Below are positions 62,783-64,000 of a stretch of DNA of 64,000 nt, one piece after another. Each line of letters opens with the position of its first letter. Positions within the stretch are counted from its first letter, which is position 1. This DNA is from Candidatus Oxydemutatoraceae bacterium (GTDB taxonomy: Bacteria; Pseudomonadota; Gammaproteobacteria; Poriferisulfidales; Oxydemutatoraceae): assembly GCA_965220085.1 (NCBI GenBank), contig CBDCOZ010000003.1, forward strand, positions 672,001 through 736,000, written 5' to 3'. The position numbers and the translations under genes are program-made. Under the pieces are notes generated by a model. The model ran no database searches. It saw only the letters and a program-made list of their open reading frames with translations, and was not told the DNA's origin.

Positions 62783-62932
62783 TTGCTGGCCCTGCGGCTG
62801 CGCCTTTTCCTTCAAGATCCTTGCAATAATGCGGGTATCCTGCGGCAGAGCAGGGGAGTATTACGGGGCGCAGACAAGGGGAGCGAGGCAGGATATACAG
62901 GCACTTGCAAATGATTGACACTGTGGTATAGT
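62783..62932 (+). promoter_or_regulatory. Junction block: degenerate tag (LALRLRLFLQDP), linker and family promoter (62905-62932)
   Basis: Homologous to the reverse complement of 33880-33995 and 35545-35665. Confidence 0.65.
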
Positions 62933-63150
62933 GCGCTAAATGAGGGAAACAATGAACAATTCAACTCTTGTAAATGACTCGCACCTTGTGGCACGGCTAT
63001 GTACCACAAACAACATTCATATGTGTGCAAACGATACGAGACCACAAACGATATTTAATCGCTTGTGCTCCATAAACTGTTTGCGGATTGTTTATAATGT
63101 GACTGGTTGCACAACTGTATTCACTAGCTCAGGCGATAAGGAGTAATGCC

Positions 63151-63781
63151 ATGAAACGAAAGATTTATAATACTACCCCCCCCCCCCCCCCCCCGCTGTG
63201 TAAATAAGGGGATTGCGGGCACTTGGCTGTATCGCCTCGCCGCCCGCTTTCTGCAAGCACTTCGCCCCTTCCCGCACTGGCGGGTAACACTAACCCGGCG
63301 TAGCCTCCGAGCACTGGTTCTGCTCGCCCTGCTCACCCTCTGCACTCAAGCGCAGGCGGCCGCGCCGATGATTGATCTGGACAGCATCATAAAAGTTCCC
63401 ATCAACGCAACCGCAGAAAATCCGTACTTCTTCAAAGCATCCGACTTTCCTTTTAGAGATGCCGATGGCGATGAACTGGAAATCGTGCACATACTCGGTG
63501 CCCCTGATGAGTCACAAGGCATATTGAGGGTGGGATCCACCGTTCTGACCGATCAGAATACGGCAGGTGCTGGTTTTGATGTGGCGGTGACCGACATCGG
63601 CACCATAAGCTACTATCCGATAGCGGGCCAATCCCCCAGAGTACACTCCGCCAGCTTTTTGTACTGGGTAACTGCCGGCGGCGACCTGTCCGATACTGGT
63701 GGTAGCATACGCATAGACCTGGTGCCACCACCGACCCTGCGGTTGCGCTTGCGCCTTTTCCTTGAGGGCCCGTTGCGGTAG
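63151..63781 (+). CDS. FLEGPLR-tag family protein K, single cadherin-like module; poly-C19 frameshift (OFF; -1 restores frame)
   Basis: AAGGAG RBS, MKRKIYNTT, tract 63176-63194, then CTG TGT AAA TAA. The -1 frame gives ...RRSLRALVLLALLTLCTQAQA. Ends LRLRLRLFLEGPLR*. Confidence 0.8.
63176..63194 (+). repeat. Poly-C19 tract
   Basis: Direct count. Confidence 0.9.
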
Positions 63782-63921
63782 TGCGTAGCTACAGCGAGGA
63801 GAGTGTTATGAGGCGCGCAAGAGGATGGAACAGGATACCAAGATACTTATGGACGTCTTTGTGGCGGAAGCGCTCATTGCGCAACCGCCTTCGCGAGACC
63901 CAAACCATAAGGAGAAATGCG

Positions 63922-64000
63922 ATGAACTACGAAATTTTTGATACTGCCCCCCGGCACCGGCAGGCAACGATGACGCGGCGTAGCTTCTGGTTGCCAGTTC
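63922..64000 (+). CDS. 5' end of another probable family member, truncated by the window edge
   Basis: AAGGAG RBS, MNYEIFDTAPRHRQATMTRRSFW resembles the E leader; C6 run. Confidence 0.55.
   Translation, partial: MNYEIFDTAPRHRQATMTRRSFWLPV

Overview
A 64-kb gammaproteobacterial chromosomal segment. The housekeeping backbone comprises queG, pgi, ppc, panD, mtdA, rnr, pcnB-folK-dNK-panB-panC, rnpB, tig-clpP-clpX-lon-hupB-ppiD, fabI, a peptide ABC operon, rnhA-dnaQ, holA, purL, msrQ and five tRNAs. It is interrupted at five loci (about 0.3-3.9, 10.3-12.0, 16.0-24.9, 30.4-36.0 and 62.8-64.0 kb) by a large paralogous family of predicted secreted proteins. Eleven full genes with unrelated bodies (cadherin/Ig-like, He_PIG-like, Cys-rich) all end in the same C-terminal tag, (L/M/V)RLRLR(L/I/V)FLEGPLR-stop, which is conserved at the protein level through synonymous codon changes. 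Eight of the eleven carry a poly-C tract of 12-23 nt in the 5' leader-coding region, and seven of those eight are out of frame in this assembly. The loci share a promoter/leader module and leave tag-only and leader-only remnants. The best candidate for an undescribed system is therefore a phase-variable, cassette-like surface-protein repertoire with a new C-terminal sorting or docking signal. Also present are a complete IS1595-family element (28-bp IRs, 8-bp TSD) splitting a DUF1640-like gene, 84-bp and 161-bp tandem triplications, and a small CRISPR-like repeat triplet. Homopolymer lengths were counted by eye and are prone to sequencing error. Family assignments come from recalled motifs, not database searches.
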